A DNA stretch of 64,000 nucleotides, taken from the NCBI RefSeq assembly GCF_009914755.1, contig NC_060937.1; one strand, given 5' to 3'. The stretch is from the human T2T-CHM13v2.0 reference genome, Homo sapiens. The first letter of the stretch is position 1, and the number at the start of each line of letters is the position of its first letter. Both the position numbers and the translations under genes were made by a program. Positions 12,398 to 25,496 of this stretch are shown here, one piece after another. A model generated the notes under the pieces. That model was not told where the DNA came from, did no database searches, and was given only the letters and a program-made list of their open reading frames with translations.

Positions 12398-15300
12398 GGA
12401 CCTTGAAGTATTCCTGAATTGGAAGCATTGTTACACTTTAATGGAGTGATTCTAAGTTAACTGATAGTGTTCCTGAGGCCATTTATAAAACCACACAAAA
12501 AATAATGATTTATATATGTAATGCATCCTAAAGAAATCTGTTGAACATCTACTGTGTGTCAAATATTTTGACGGATAATTTCATTTTTATTTACCCATTC
12601 TTTATAACAATTCCAGGTTATTTTCCCCTTTTATAGAAAAAGAAAGAGGCTTAAGTTGAGATTTGAAATTTAAACCCATGATTTGACCCAAACTCTGCAC
12701 ATTATACGGAGAAATTTTTAGTATATATTTTCTGTGATATACTAGATGCGTATTGAATCGCAGATTAAAAGTAAGAAAATATGTAAGGCTTAAATTCCAT
12801 GTCAGAGTACTGACTGTGTGTAATGATAATGAATGGCCTTACTTTTTTAATACGTGGTGTATATATGGTATAAATATGATAAAATTCTAGGATATTAATT
12901 ATAAACCAACCAGTAGTGGGAGTAGGGACTATGCCGCCGTATTCATTAGCCTATCAGACATTGTGTTTTTTAATTTTAGTGTATTTTGCAAGTGAAGCTG
13001 CAAGGTTAGTCTCCTAATAGCCCACTTTTTCTACTAGATTGCTGCCCATAAACTTCTTTAATACAGAAATTCTGGAAGTGCCCTCTATTGGTTAGTGCTG
13101 GTGATGGGTAAATCATTACTCAAACTAGGCCATTAAACCATTAATTGAAATAAATACTCTTGAAAAGTTCAATCTATCCAACCTACTAACCATATCCTTC
13201 AAATTGACTAAGGTTCTCTTACCGTCAAATCTGTTACTCCTGATTTTCCTTTCTTGATGTATCAAGACAATCACAAAATTCTCTTGATGTTGTTAACAGA
13301 ATATCTCAGCCATCCCCACTGTAACAAAAGCCCTCATCTTCTCGTTTATACTAAGAGCCTCTAGTCTCTTCATTTCCTCTTTCACACTTGCTGTAATGAG
13401 TTTTTTTATGCCATTTCATTAATCAAAATCCTACTGAATAAAAAATCTACACTGTCTGTGACATACGAGGCCCTTCATGAACTGGTCTGTGTTAGAGTCA
13501 TCTGCTACTACTACTCTCTTCCTTACAGTTTCCTTCCCTAATTTACACCGCAGCTACACTGAACCACAAATAATGTTTAGTTATCTGTGATGTGCCATGT
13601 TCTTATGCTTTCATTTCTTTACTTACCCCATTTGTCTGCCTGGAAAACCTAGGATTTATTCTTTAAGATCAAAAGCCATTGAGCCTTTCCTCCCTCCTCC
13701 AAAGCAGTAGGTATTAACTGTCTAAGCAATTTTACATTTTGTATATTCCTCCATTCTAGCAATTACTAAATACAGAATTACTTGTCTCTAAAATATAAAT
13801 TTTATAAAAGTCTAAGACCATGACTGAAACTAGGTTTCCAAATCGCTTTGCCCATAAACAAAAAGTACTTTATAATTGAAAAACTACATAAAAGAATATT
13901 TTGAAAATTAGAACTGTGTCTCATACATAAAGTAACTGCTTTTCACCAGATTATTTGGTTAACCGGTATACCCATGTTGCCCACTGTTTCTTGTAGCAGA
14001 AATTTACTTAAATTAACTACTTTTTTTAATTGTAAAACATTCTCTTATTTTTAAACAAACATTATTAGCTATATGCTGCATATTGTTAAATACTGGAGAC
14101 GAAACATGATTAACATCCATTCATTCCCATTTCTTGGACTTTCCCAAATTTATACATTTCAAAAACACCAAAATTACCTGGTCTAGTAATCATGGACATG
14201 AAGATGTGTAACGAATCCCTTTTTATATGCTGGGCACAGTGTGAGGCACTTTACAGACATTGACTCATTTAATCCTTAATCCCTTCACAAATGCCAGTGT
14301 TAATTTCTTCACTTTACTGTTCAGGAAGCTGAGACTTCAGTTAATATGTTTAAGGTTACGGTGAGATTGACTCCTAGGTCTGTATGATTATAAAGTCCAC
14401 AATGTGTATCATATATTTATCATCAGTTTGCCTAGAATTGTATTGAAATACTTTTTCAAAATAAAATGAGCACATCTGGAATGAGCCTCATAGATTGCTA
14501 TTTAATATTTCTGTGATCTCACTTTGCTTGCAAAGTTTAACATTCAGCAATCCACACAAACACTGCACTTATAGACTCCTTTTCAGTAAATATACACATT
14601 TACAGCAACAAAGAGAATGGTGAACATTTTAAAAGTAGATGTATGGCCCTATTATCTGCTTTGCTACATAGAGGATGTAATTTTGTTACTAGATGCAAAA
14701 CACTGGCTAAGGTTGGCAGACAAATTCAGAGAGCCAGTTTTTGGCATAAATCTCTCATTTTTTGGCAAAACTTGTTAGCAGTGTAAAAGCTGTTATTGAG
14801 AGCATATTGTGATGATACATCATGTCAATATTTGTTTGGCTGAGTAACACTTGGATTTAATAAATTAATTCTTAAATGCACAATTTACAACTGATGAGCT
14901 GTGTTAGAAATAAACTAATTTTTGTTGTCAGTGCCACAGACATTTTGACAAGTCTCTAGTGGAGATACTAGCTTCTCTGATTTTTTAGATAAACGGATGG
15001 ATGGATTAGGACTTTCTGAATTATCTGTAGATGTGCACATTACGTAGAAATGAAACATAAGAGACAATGAATGAGTAATTAAATGAGTCACATAGGGAAA
15101 TTAACCAAAAGGACTGTAGAGAGGTCACATTGTTCTTGTGGGGAACTATATCCTTCAGTAAGGAAATACCTTATTTGTTTCTCAAAGCAATAAAAAATGA
15201 AGGCTTCAGGGAGCTGTAGTCACTATGACAGATCTGGTGTATTGCTGTCAATTCCACATACACGCAAAATTTAATCTAGAACTTTCATAATCCTGCTGTA

Positions 15301-15684
15301 TGGGTTGGAGTAGAGAGCAAAAGAAGTGACAGACTCCCTTCAATAAAAATTGCTAAAGGCTTAATTGCAGTTGCTTCCCAACATGGAAATAATTATGTTC
15401 CAAATATTTTTATTTAATTTTTAAATTAAGCCAGTACCTTGATACCTATGAAAGGGTAATACCTGTATTCATAGAACCTTGCATTTGGGAAGTTATTTTC
15501 TAAAGTGTAATCCATCTCCCTATTATTTCCTAGTAAGATTGTATTTCTGAAACCATTAAAAAAATAGTATTTCACAGGAACTTCAATAAAATGAACCAGA
15601 TTCTAAGGATGCCATCCTCTTGCTGTAAACAAATAAATAAATGTAAAATTCCAATCTATTATTCCTTACCTTCTATACTTTCTA

Positions 15685-16048
15685 GAGTTGACCCTTAAAG
15701 AATGTGGAGGTTCAAGGCCTTGACCCTTTGCACAGTCAAAAATCTGCATATAACTTTTGACTCTCCAAAAATTTTACTAATAGCCTACTGTTGACCAGAA
15801 GCCTTAGCAATAACATAAACAACACATATTTCATAGGTTATATACTGTATCTTTAAGCTACAGGAAAGAAAATTTTAAGGAAAAGAAAATATAGTATTCA
15901 TTAAGTGGACGTGCATCATCATAAAGGTCTTCATCTTTGTCTTCACATTGAGTAGTCTGAAGAAGAGGACGGGTTAGCAGAGGCAGAAGAAAATCCATGT
16001 ATAAATGGACCCATGTGGTTCAAACCTGTTTTGTTCAAGGGTCAACTG
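15685..16048 (+). mobile_element. Tigger2a/MER8-type DNA transposon
   Basis: TIRs gagttgaccctt ... aagggtcaactg flanked by TA; homologous to the copy at 5203. Confidence 0.85.
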
Positions 16049-17440
16049 TACATTTTACCTTCATTATATACCTTCTATCTCCACCCACACTGTCACCAAA
16101 AAACATGGCTTTGTTCTGAAAAGCTGGGAGTCCCCTAAAGATTTTCCTAAAATGCAGTTTCTTTGCTCCATTTTGAAGCATTCTTTGCAATTGGTCAAAT
16201 CAGCATTTAGCTTTGTTGCCTCTCCTTGTCCTCAGTCTACCTAGACAGACCTTACATCTCTTTCCTTTTTGAGTGTGAGATATTTTTTAACCCTAACTAA
16301 TGCTTTTGCTAATTTCAAACAGTCCCAAACATCATCTCCTATTTTACTTGACTATACTATTTAATAGTGAGTTTATATTGACCCTTCCAAACATAGGGAT
16401 TGAGGAGTATCCTAGAATAAAAAGGAATGTTTTCCATATTGTCAAATGCAACAAGACTTGAATAAACCTATAATTAGTAGATCCTTCCTCTAGATACAAT
16501 TATAGTTCTGGAGCAGTTGCCAGAATTTGATGTGCCAATGAAATATATAGGGCGATGTTCCAAGGGTAATTAACATCATCACCATTTTAAACTATTTTAT
16601 CTCTTGGGTTAAAATGGGTTATAATTAATTTTTGAGGGTTATGTAGTTAGTGCCAAATGAATGTGTCAGATAATGAGTGCTATAGCAATGGTTGACTGTT
16701 GTAGTGCTGTTATAGATGACTTCACAGTGGGGGGGGTGATTTTAGCAGGAACATTAAGGGAAGGCATATGGAAAGACATTCATGAATTTAGTAAGCATGA
16801 ATTTAATCAGTAAGCACTTTATTTTTATCCACTACTCTTACTGATAACTAGACAAAGTGCATGGAGCTGATAGCATAACGGGGGAGAAAGCCAGTAAATC
16901 AATAAGCAAATGTGTCAAGTGCTATTTTTTTAAGTCAAAGCACAGCATTTCAGTTAAGGTGATAAGGAATAAGTGCTATTTTGGATAAGATGATAAGGAA
17001 TACCCTTATGTAATTGTGTGGAAGAACAGTACTCCAGATAGTAGGAAGAGAAAAGGTAAGCTGCCTTATAGAAAAACTTCAGTTGGCCCATGCACATATG
17101 AGGAGACTTCAAATATCTTGTGGAAAAAAAATGGAATTAAAAGATTTTTTAAAAGTAAATTCTATTACTTAATAGAATCTGTCAAGTTCAAGACATGTTT
17201 ATAAGTGATGAGACCAGCCATTTAGTTTATCCCTGAAGAACTGAGGGTCCTGGAAATGTAGCCATGTCAATGTAGTCTTTTTTATTGGTTGAAGAAAAAA
17301 CAAATAAGTGCCCTTTAAAGATTTTTTTAAGATTAGGAAACAAAAAGAAGGACCCAATCAGGACTGTAACGTGAATGCCTAGTGATTTCCCACCCAAACT
17401 CTAGCAAAATTTCCCTTGTTTGATGAGAGTCAGCAGCAGC

Positions 17441-19030
17441 CAGATTTCTTCTTTTTGCTTAGTCTTGCTTTGGCTATGTGGGCTCTTTTTTGGTTCCATA
17501 TGAATTTTAGAATTGTTTTTTCTAGTTCTGTGAAGAACGATGGTAGTATTTTGATGGGAATTGCATTGAATTTGTAGATTGCTTTTGGCAGTATGGTCAT
17601 TTTCACAATATTGTTTCTACCCATCCATGAGCATGGGATGTGTTTCCCATTTGTTTGTGTTGTCTATGATTTCTTTCAGCACTGTTTTGTAGTTTTCCTT
17701 GTAGAGGTCTTTCAGCCTCTTGGTTAGGTATATTCCTAAATTTTTCTTTTTTTTTTTTTTCAGCTATCAAAAAAGGGGTTGAGTTCTTGATTTGATTCTC
17801 AGCTTGGTCCCTGTTAGTGTATAGGAGAGTTTGTGTACATTAATTTTGTATCCGGAAACTTTTGTTGAATTCTTTTATCAGTTCTAAGAGCTTTTTGGAG
17901 AAGTCTTTAGAGTTTTCTAGGTTTACAATCATATCATCAGCAAACAGCGACAGTTTGACTTCCTCTTTACCAATTTGGATGCCCTTTATTTCTTTCTCTT
18001 TTCTTACTGCTCTGGGTGGGACTTCCAGTACTATGTTGAAGAGAACTGGTGAGAATGGGCATCCTTGTCTTATTCCAGTTCTCAGAGGGAATGCTTTCAA
18101 CTTTTCCCCATTCAATATTATGTTGGCTGTGGGTTTGTCATAGACGGCTTTTATTACATTGAAGTATATCCCTTGTATAATGATTTTGCTGAGAATTTTT
18201 ATTATAAAGGGAAGCTGGATTTTGTCAAATGCTTTCTCTGCATCTATTGAGATGATCATGTGATTTTTGTTTTTAATTATGTTTATGTGTTGTATCAAAT
18301 TTATTGAGTTGTGTATGTTAAACTGTCCCTGCATCCCTGGTATGAAACCCACTTGATCATGGTGGATTATCTTTTGGATATGTTGTTGGATCCAGTTAGC
18401 TAGTAATTTTGTTAAGGATTTTTGCATCTATGTTCATGAGGGATATTGGTCTGTAGTTTTTCATTTGTTTGGTTGGTTGGTTATGTCATATCCTAGTTTT
18501 AGTAGTAGGGTGATACTGGCTTCATAGAATGATTTAGGGAGGATTCCCTCTTTCCCTATCTTGTGAAATAGTGTCAACAGAATTAGTACCAATTATTCTT
18601 TGAATGTCTGTTAGAATTCAGCTGTGAATCCATCTGGTTCTGGACTTTTTTTTTTAATTACCATTTCAATTTTGCTACTTGTTATTGGTCTGTTTTGGTA
18701 TCTAATTCTTCCTGATTTAAACTAGGAGGGTTGTATCTTTCCAGAAATTTATCCATCTCTTCTGTTTTCTAGTTTATGCATGTAAAGGTGTTTATAGTAG
18801 CCTTGAATGATCTTTTGTATTTCTGCGGTGTCAGTTGTAATATCTCCCATTTCGTTTCTAACTGAGGTTATTTGAATTTTTTCTCTTTTCTTGGTTGATC
18901 TTGCTAATGGTTTATCAATTTTGTTTATCTTTTCAAAGAACCAGCTTTTTGTTTCTTTTATTTTTTTGCATTGTTTTGTTTGTTTGTTTCAATTTCATTT
19001 AGTTCTGCTCTGATCTTGGTTATTTCATTT
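17441..19030 (-). mobile_element. L1PB ORF2 (reverse transcriptase) segment, the inverted 5' part of a twin-primed insertion
   Basis: ORF 17840..18427 has [31 protein letters not shown] and LFADD motifs; ORF 17430..17624 continues ORF2. Confidence 0.95.
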
Positions 19031-20457
19031 AAGGCTATAGTCACCAAAACAGCATGGTACTGGTATAAAAATAGGCACATAGACCAATGGAACAGAATAG
19101 AGAATGCAGAAATAAACCCAAATACTTACGGTTAACTGATCTTTGACAAAGCTAACAAAAAAATAAACTGGGGAAAGGACACCCTATTCAACAAATGGTG
19201 CTGGGATAATTGGCAAGCCGCATGTAGGAAAATAAAAGTGGATCATCATCTCTCATCTTATTAAAAAATCAACTCAAGATGGATGAAGGACTCAAATCTA
19301 AGACCTGAAACTATCAAAAGTCTAGAAGGTAAATTTGGAAAAACCCTTCTAGACATTGGCTTAGGCAAGAATTTCATGACCAAGAACCCAAAAGCAAATG
19401 CAATAAAAACAAAGATAAATAGCTGGGACTTAATTAAACTAGAGGGCTTTTGCATGGCAAAAAAAAAAAAAAAAAAAAAAAAAAAACAGTGAGCAGAGTA
19501 AACAGACAACCCCACAAAGCGGGAGAAAATCTTCACAAACTATATATCTGACAAAGGACTAATATCCAGAATCTATAATGAACTCAAACAAATTAGGAAG
19601 AAAAAAAGCAATCATATCAAAAAGTAGGCTAAGGACATGAATAGACAATTCTCAAAAGAAGATAAACAAATGGCCAACAAACTATTAAAAAATGCTCAAC
19701 ATCACTAGTGATCAGAGAAATTCAAATCAAAACCATAATGTGATACCACCTTACTCCTTTAAGAATGGCCATAATCGAAAAATCAAAAAATAATTGATGT
19801 TGGCATGGATGTGGTGAACAGGGAACACTTCTACACTGCTGGTGGGAATGTAAACTAATAAAACCACTATGGAAAACAGTGTGGAGATTTCTTAAAGAAC
19901 TAAAAGTAGAAATACCATTTGATCCAGCAACCCCACTACTGGGTATCTACCTAGAGGTAAAGCAGTCATTATACAAAAAAGATACTTGCACACACTTGTT
20001 TATAGCAGCACAATTTGCAATTGCAAAAATATGGAACCAACTCAAATGTCCATCCATGATTGGATAAAGAAACTATGGTATATGTATACAATGGAATACT
20101 ACTCAGCCATAAAAAGGAATGAATTAATGGCATTTGCAGCAACGTGGATGAGACTGGATATTATTATCATAAGTGAAGTATCTCAGGAATGGAAAATCAA
20201 ACATAGTATGTTCTCACTCATAAGTGGGAGATAAGCTATGAGGATGCAAAGGCATAAGAACGGCACAATGGACTTTGGGGACCCAGGGGAAAGGGTGGGA
20301 AGGGGGTGAGGGATAAAAGACTACAAATTGGGTGCAGTGTATACTGCTTGGGTGATGGGTGCACCAAAATCTCACAAATCACTACTAAAGAACTTAGTCA
20401 TATAACCAAACACCATCTGTTCCCCAATAAGCTATGGAAATAAAAAATAATAATAAA
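19031..20457 (+). mobile_element. L1PB1-like 3' ORF2 end, 3' UTR and A-tail
   Basis: aaggctatagtcaccaaaacagcatggtactgg...; 3' end gggataaaagactacaaattgggtgcagtgtatac; TSD agagtca(g/t)cagcagc at 17426-17440 and 20458-20472. Confidence 0.93.
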
Positions 20458-21018
20458 AGAGTCATCAGCAGCAACACTGTCCTGGTGGAGAAAGATTCTC
20501 TGGAGAAACTTTCCCAGTTATTTTTTTGCTAACACTTTGGCTAACTTTTAAAAAACATTCTCATAATAAGCAGATGTTATCATTCTTTAGCTCTTCAGAA
20601 AATCAACAAGTGAAACGCCCCGGGCATCACGAAAACCTGTTGCTGCGACCTTTGCTATTGACCAGTCCATTTGTGTTTTGACTGGACCACTTCCACCTCT
20701 TGGTAGCTGTTGTTTTTACTATGCTTTGTATTCTGGATTGTACTGGTAAAGCTATGTTTCTTCTCCTGTTATAATTCTTCAAAGAAATGCTTCAGGATCT
20801 TTATCCAACTTGTTTACAGTTTCTGTTGAAAGCTCTGATCTTATCTGCAGCCGATCTGGGAGAAACTGTTTTTGCACCCACTGAGTGAAAAGTTTGCTCA
20901 ACTTTAATTTGCCAGTCAGAATGTTGTAAGCTGAACTAATGGAGATGTTTTTGGTGTTGGCTATTGTTTCTGCTGTTAATGTCAGTCCTTTTTCAATTAA
21001 GGCATTAACAAGATTAGT

Positions 21019-21240
21019 TTATTTCTCACAAATTAATGTGGATGGTCTGCCATTGCAGGCTTCATCTTCAGCGTTGTCTCCTCCCTTGTTAAAACAAGTT
21101 ATCCATTTGTAAACTATTAGTTTATTTGGAACATTGTCCTCATAAACTTTTTGTAAAGGATCAGTGATTTCACCATTCTTCCACCCAAGCTTCACCATCA
21201 ATTTGATGTTTCTTCTTGCTTCCATTTTAACAAAATTCAT
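21019..21240 (-). pseudogene. HSMAR2 transposase N-terminal (HTH) remnant
   Basis: MNFVKMEARRNIKLMVKLGWKNGEITDPLQKVYEDNVP...GRPSTLICEK resembles recalled Hsmar2 MNSAKIEARTNIKFMVKLGWKNGEI; premature stop. Confidence 0.9.
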
Positions 21241-21442
21241 GTTGCTTTTATAGGGGCTCTTTTCAAACCGATGTCTTATTCTTAATGCCTCAGAGTAGAT
21301 CATGTCAGACATGTTATAACAAGTTAGTACAGTTTTATTTTGGTGCAAAAAATTGAAATCCATGAATAGTTTTTTCATACTATGCATTTTCCCTGAATTT
21401 TCTGAACACCCTTCAATTAATCTAAGGTAACTCTGCCTCTAA

Positions 21443-21653
21443 GTTTTTGAGACAGGGTCTTACCCTGTCACCCAGGATAGAGTGCATTGGCAAGATCATG
21501 GCTCACTGTACCTTCAGACTTCTGGGCTCAAGTGATCCTCTTGCCTTAGCCTCTTGAGCAGCTAAAACTACAGACATGTGTCATCACACCCAGGTATTTT
21601 CTTACGTTTTGTAGAGGGGATAGAAGGGAGTCTCATCATGTTACCCAGGCTGG
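21443..21653 (-). mobile_element. Old AluJ-type fragment
   Basis: gagacagggtcttaccctgtcacccagg...ggctcaagtgatcctc. Confidence 0.85.
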
Positions 21654-22562
21654 GAAACTCATTATCTCAATATTTAGGAAACTCATTTCACAGTATTTAA
21701 TTGCACGCTTTCACCTAACAAAATCCCCTTATATTTGGCTTGTCAGCAACTAGCAGTTTATCTTTAGCCATTTAGATTTCTCAATGCAGAAGCTAAACAC
21801 ACATTCACTGTGTGCATCACATTGCAGGAATCACAGGTTAGACTTCCTGAGAGGTTCCAAAGCTCTGTTCACTATATGGAGGTGAGGGGAAGAGCTCCTA
21901 TAGCTTTTTTTGATGGTGGTGGTAGAGTGAGACCCTTAGACTAGCTCTTCCCAAAGAAAGCCTTTTCACAAATGCCATCCCTTGATTCACCAACTCCAAT
22001 CATCACCATTGAATGCCATCAGTGATCAACTCATTCATGAAACTTGTTTTGGACTGTTTATTTTGAAAATTTTCAGCTTGATAATATCTGTGTACTTAAA
22101 GTCTTGAAAAAGTTGCCATGTTAATATTCTCTTACATATTAAATGCATCATCTCATTTAATCTTCACAAAAAACCTGACTCTAGGTATACATATGTTTTT
22201 CAGTTTAATATATGAGGGATTGAGGGTCAGACAGGATCAATGATCTGACTCTCGTCCCAGAGCTAATAAAAAATGACACAAGGATTTTAATCCATGTTTC
22301 TCTAACACCAAAGTCAGTGCTTTCCACTATCCCTCCCAGCATGATGCAGGACAAGAGTAAAGGGCAATCTTAGCAGAATTAAAATCCTAAAGATCCAGGG
22401 GATATGACCTACGACATAGCTGTAGAACACAGAAAAACAAAAAATGTTTACCTAACTGGAAAAAAAAAGTAATAAAAAATTCCTACTTCTTTGTTGATTA
22501 CAAACTAAACATGTTTCCAGCTCTTCTAAATAGTAGGTCTATGTATATAACATGTGTGGGAT

Positions 22563-23287
22563 TGAAACCACCTTTGCAAAATTATGGCAGTAAGAGAAAT
22601 CTAACATAGTTGAGTCCACGTTGCTTCTGACCTCCAAGCCATCCTTGGTCAATCCTGGATGTAGGTCAAGGTAACTTTGGGAGAAATTTAGTTTATAGTT
22701 TAACCTTAAAGCAAAGATGATAATAGCCCTTTTCAAAACTAAACTACCTTTGTAAAAGTAATGCAAGGACATAAGGTTAGGATTATGAAAGGGGACTGAA
22801 TTTGAATAAGATAGGTTCAGGGCTCATGTGACTAGAAGTCACAAGAATTGTGACTTTCCCAATTGCTCCTGTAGATAACATCACTATTGTAGAAACAAAG
22901 ATTTTTGTTTGTTTGTTTGTTTTGTTTTTTGTTTTTTTGAGCTCTCTTGCAGAATGACTGCACCTGGATTCCTGATTCATGACTCAACTGATCCTGTGCG
23001 CTACCCACCTCCAGAGGCAGGCTCAGAACAGGAGGACCATTTTCCACACATCTGTAATTTCATCTCCACCAATCAGCAGCATCTATCTTCTAACCTCCTG
23101 CCCACCAAATTGTCTATGAAAACCCTAAGCTCCAAGCCTTTACGGAGATTGATTTGAGTTATAACTCCAGTTCTTGCACATGCAGTGGCCTCACATCAGT
23201 TAAACTCTTTCTCTACTGCAATGCCATGGTCTCAGTGAATTGATTTTGTCTGCACAACAGGCAGGAAGAAGCTGTCAGGTGATTACA
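22563..23287 (+). mobile_element. Solo ERV1 LTR, LTR8A-like
   Basis: TG...CA termini; start tgaaaccacctttgcaaaattatg and end ggtgattaca. Confidence 0.8.
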
Positions 23288-23539
23288 TAAACTGGAGGGG
23301 GAAAAAAAACCAACTATGGCATTTTCTTAATTTAGAACAGAGGTATGTTTATTTTTTACCAAACTTAATTACTGATTTTCATTCAATCATTCAATAAATG
23401 AGGGGTTTTTTTGTGCGCACTGTGCTAATTTTTTACATTTCTGGAACTTAAAAAATTCAGTAATTCATCTCTTTATTTTAAAAATTTTATATTTGTAGTG
23501 AATAGAAGGGCTAATTTCATATTTGTTTGTTTTTATTTC

Positions 23540-23660
23540 TCTGTAGACAAAAGGTCTCACTGCATTGCCCAGGCTCGTCTTGAAATCCTGGCCTCAACCA
23601 ATCCTCTAGCCTTGTCCTTCCAAAGTTCTGAGATTACAGACATGAGCCACCATGCCTGGT
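23540..23660 (-). mobile_element. FLAM/AluJ monomer
   Basis: ggtctcactgcattgcccaggct...gagccaccatgcctggtc. Confidence 0.8.
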
Positions 23661-24029
23661 CTTCTCTATATTTTTATGTTGACAAAGTGATGTTAGTTTG
23701 CATGTATAATATAATCAGAGAGAGGACATTGTAGTTACTGGGCCTCTACTACAAGACAATACTGTTTATGATGGAAAAGAATGTACTGATAAACTCTTTA
23801 GGTGAAAGGGGATGAGACTTTTAAGAGACATTTTTGAGCACCAATTAATTATGAAATCGCATTCTAACTGGGTAGACCTGGTAAGCTGCAAGGGTCAAGG
23901 CTGAATCTCTGAAGATTATAGGCAAGAGACTGAGGGTAGTTTTTATTCTCCAAAGAAGGGAAAAAGACGAATGAATTATTCAGGCCCTCATCTTAACACA
24001 TTTTTAGAAACAGAAATACACACATCTTA

Positions 24030-24560
24030 AAGGAAACTGTTATCTCTGATACCAAAACCAAATATAGCACATACACAAAGGAAAGCTACAGACCAATATC
24101 ACCTAGGAACTTAGGTGCACACACTCCTCAACAAAATTTAGCAAATTATATCCAGCAACATATAAATAAAATTACATACCATGACCAAGTGGGATTTATT
24201 GCATGTATGTAACACTGGTTCAACATTTGAAAATCAATGTAATCACAGCAGACTAAAAAAGAATCATATAATCATATCAATTGACACATGAAAATATTTG
24301 ACAAAATACAACACCCATTCATGTTAAAAACTCCCAGCAAACTAGGAATAAAGGAGAACTTCCTCAACTTGATATTGAGTAACCACAAAAACTCTACAGT
24401 TGACATGTACTTGGTAATAAGAAACCAGATGCTTTCTGCCTAATGCTAGGAAGGATGTTTGCTTTCCCCATTCCTATTCAATATAGCACTATAATTTCTA
24501 GCCAGTGCAGCAAGTCAAGAAAAAGAGATAACAGGTACTCAGATGGAAAGGAGGAAACTA
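24030..24560 (+). mobile_element. Old L1M ORF2 (RT) fragment
   Basis: gataccaaaacca...ccatgaccaagtgggatttatt...tttgacaaaatacaacacccattcatg. Confidence 0.8.
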
Positions 24561-25114
24561 TTACAGAAAGAGAAAAAAAAATAGGAAGAGCTTAGAATTC
24601 AGAAATTAAGATGGAACTAAAAACTCTAAATTGGAGAATGGGTCAGGAATCAGGAATCCTGTGGGTAATAGAAATGTTAAGTCATGGTACATATTTTAGG
24701 GTATGAAGTGGCAAGAGAGGCGCATACATTGCATACATTGGTGTAGGTATGTTTCAGAGAGTGTTTAGAAATCAATTTAATTTGGCATAACTGCTTTGTC
24801 TTATGCAAAAAGCAGGAAGAAATCTGACATTAAGGACCTGATTTGTTCAATGCTTTCTGGTGGAAACTAAAGAAGCATATTAGGGAGATACTTAACATAG
24901 TATAGTATAGTATCAGTAGTAACAGGTGCAGATGCTGGCAAAACAATTATCCTCTGTAGAGACTTCACTGAAAATAAGCTATAAGTAGAATAACGGTGTC
25001 TGAATTAATTTTTCAACTGATACTGCTTTTGCATTAAGTATTTAGAGTGATGAAGTTAGCATCAATAGAATAATTTAATGTCTGAAGAAAAAAATAATTT
25101 TAAAATGTAAGCCG

Positions 25115-25496
25115 ATGTATGGCGGGGGCTACCATAACAAACTATCAGAAACTGGGTGCCTTAAGGAACAGAATCTTATTGTCTCCCAGTTCTGGAGGCT
25201 GGACATCCAAAATCAAGGTGTCAACAAGGCTGATTCTTTCTGATGGCTGTCAAGGAAGGATCTGTTCCAGACTCCCTTTTTGGTTTATGGTCCTCTTCCC
25301 TGTGTATCCCCACATTATATTTTCTCTAACTCTGTCTCTGTGTCCAAATTTCCTCCTTTTATAAAGACATCAGTCATATTAGATTAGGACACACCCTAAA
25401 AACCTTATTTTAACTCCATTACCTCTATAAAGACCCTATCTCCAAATAAGATTACATTGTTTTTGAGGGAAGAGAGGAGTAATTCAGTCTATAACA
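25115..25496 (-). mobile_element. MaLR LTR (MLT1B/C-like)
   Basis: ccataacaaactatcagaaactgggtgcc...ttctggaggctgga...aagaccctatctccaaataag...ataaca. Confidence 0.8.

Larger units (their letters stand above)
17099..21415 (-). mobile_element. Full-length HSMAR2 mariner (about 1.29 kb in two parts, 17099-17440 and 20473-21415) interrupted by an L1
   Basis: Both degenerate TIRs present (TA|tgaggagacttcaaa...gtggaaaa and cattttccctgaattttctgaacacccttc); transposase remnants in both parts. Confidence 0.92.

Noticed and set aside
17840-18427. 195-aa reverse transcriptase ORF as a novel RT system
   Set aside because: It is an ordinary L1 ORF2 fragment bounded by frameshifts inside a truncated, inverted L1PB
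21019-21387. 122-aa ORF as a domesticated transposase (SETMAR-like)
   Set aside because: Premature stop, catalytic motifs mutated and split by an L1; no splice evidence
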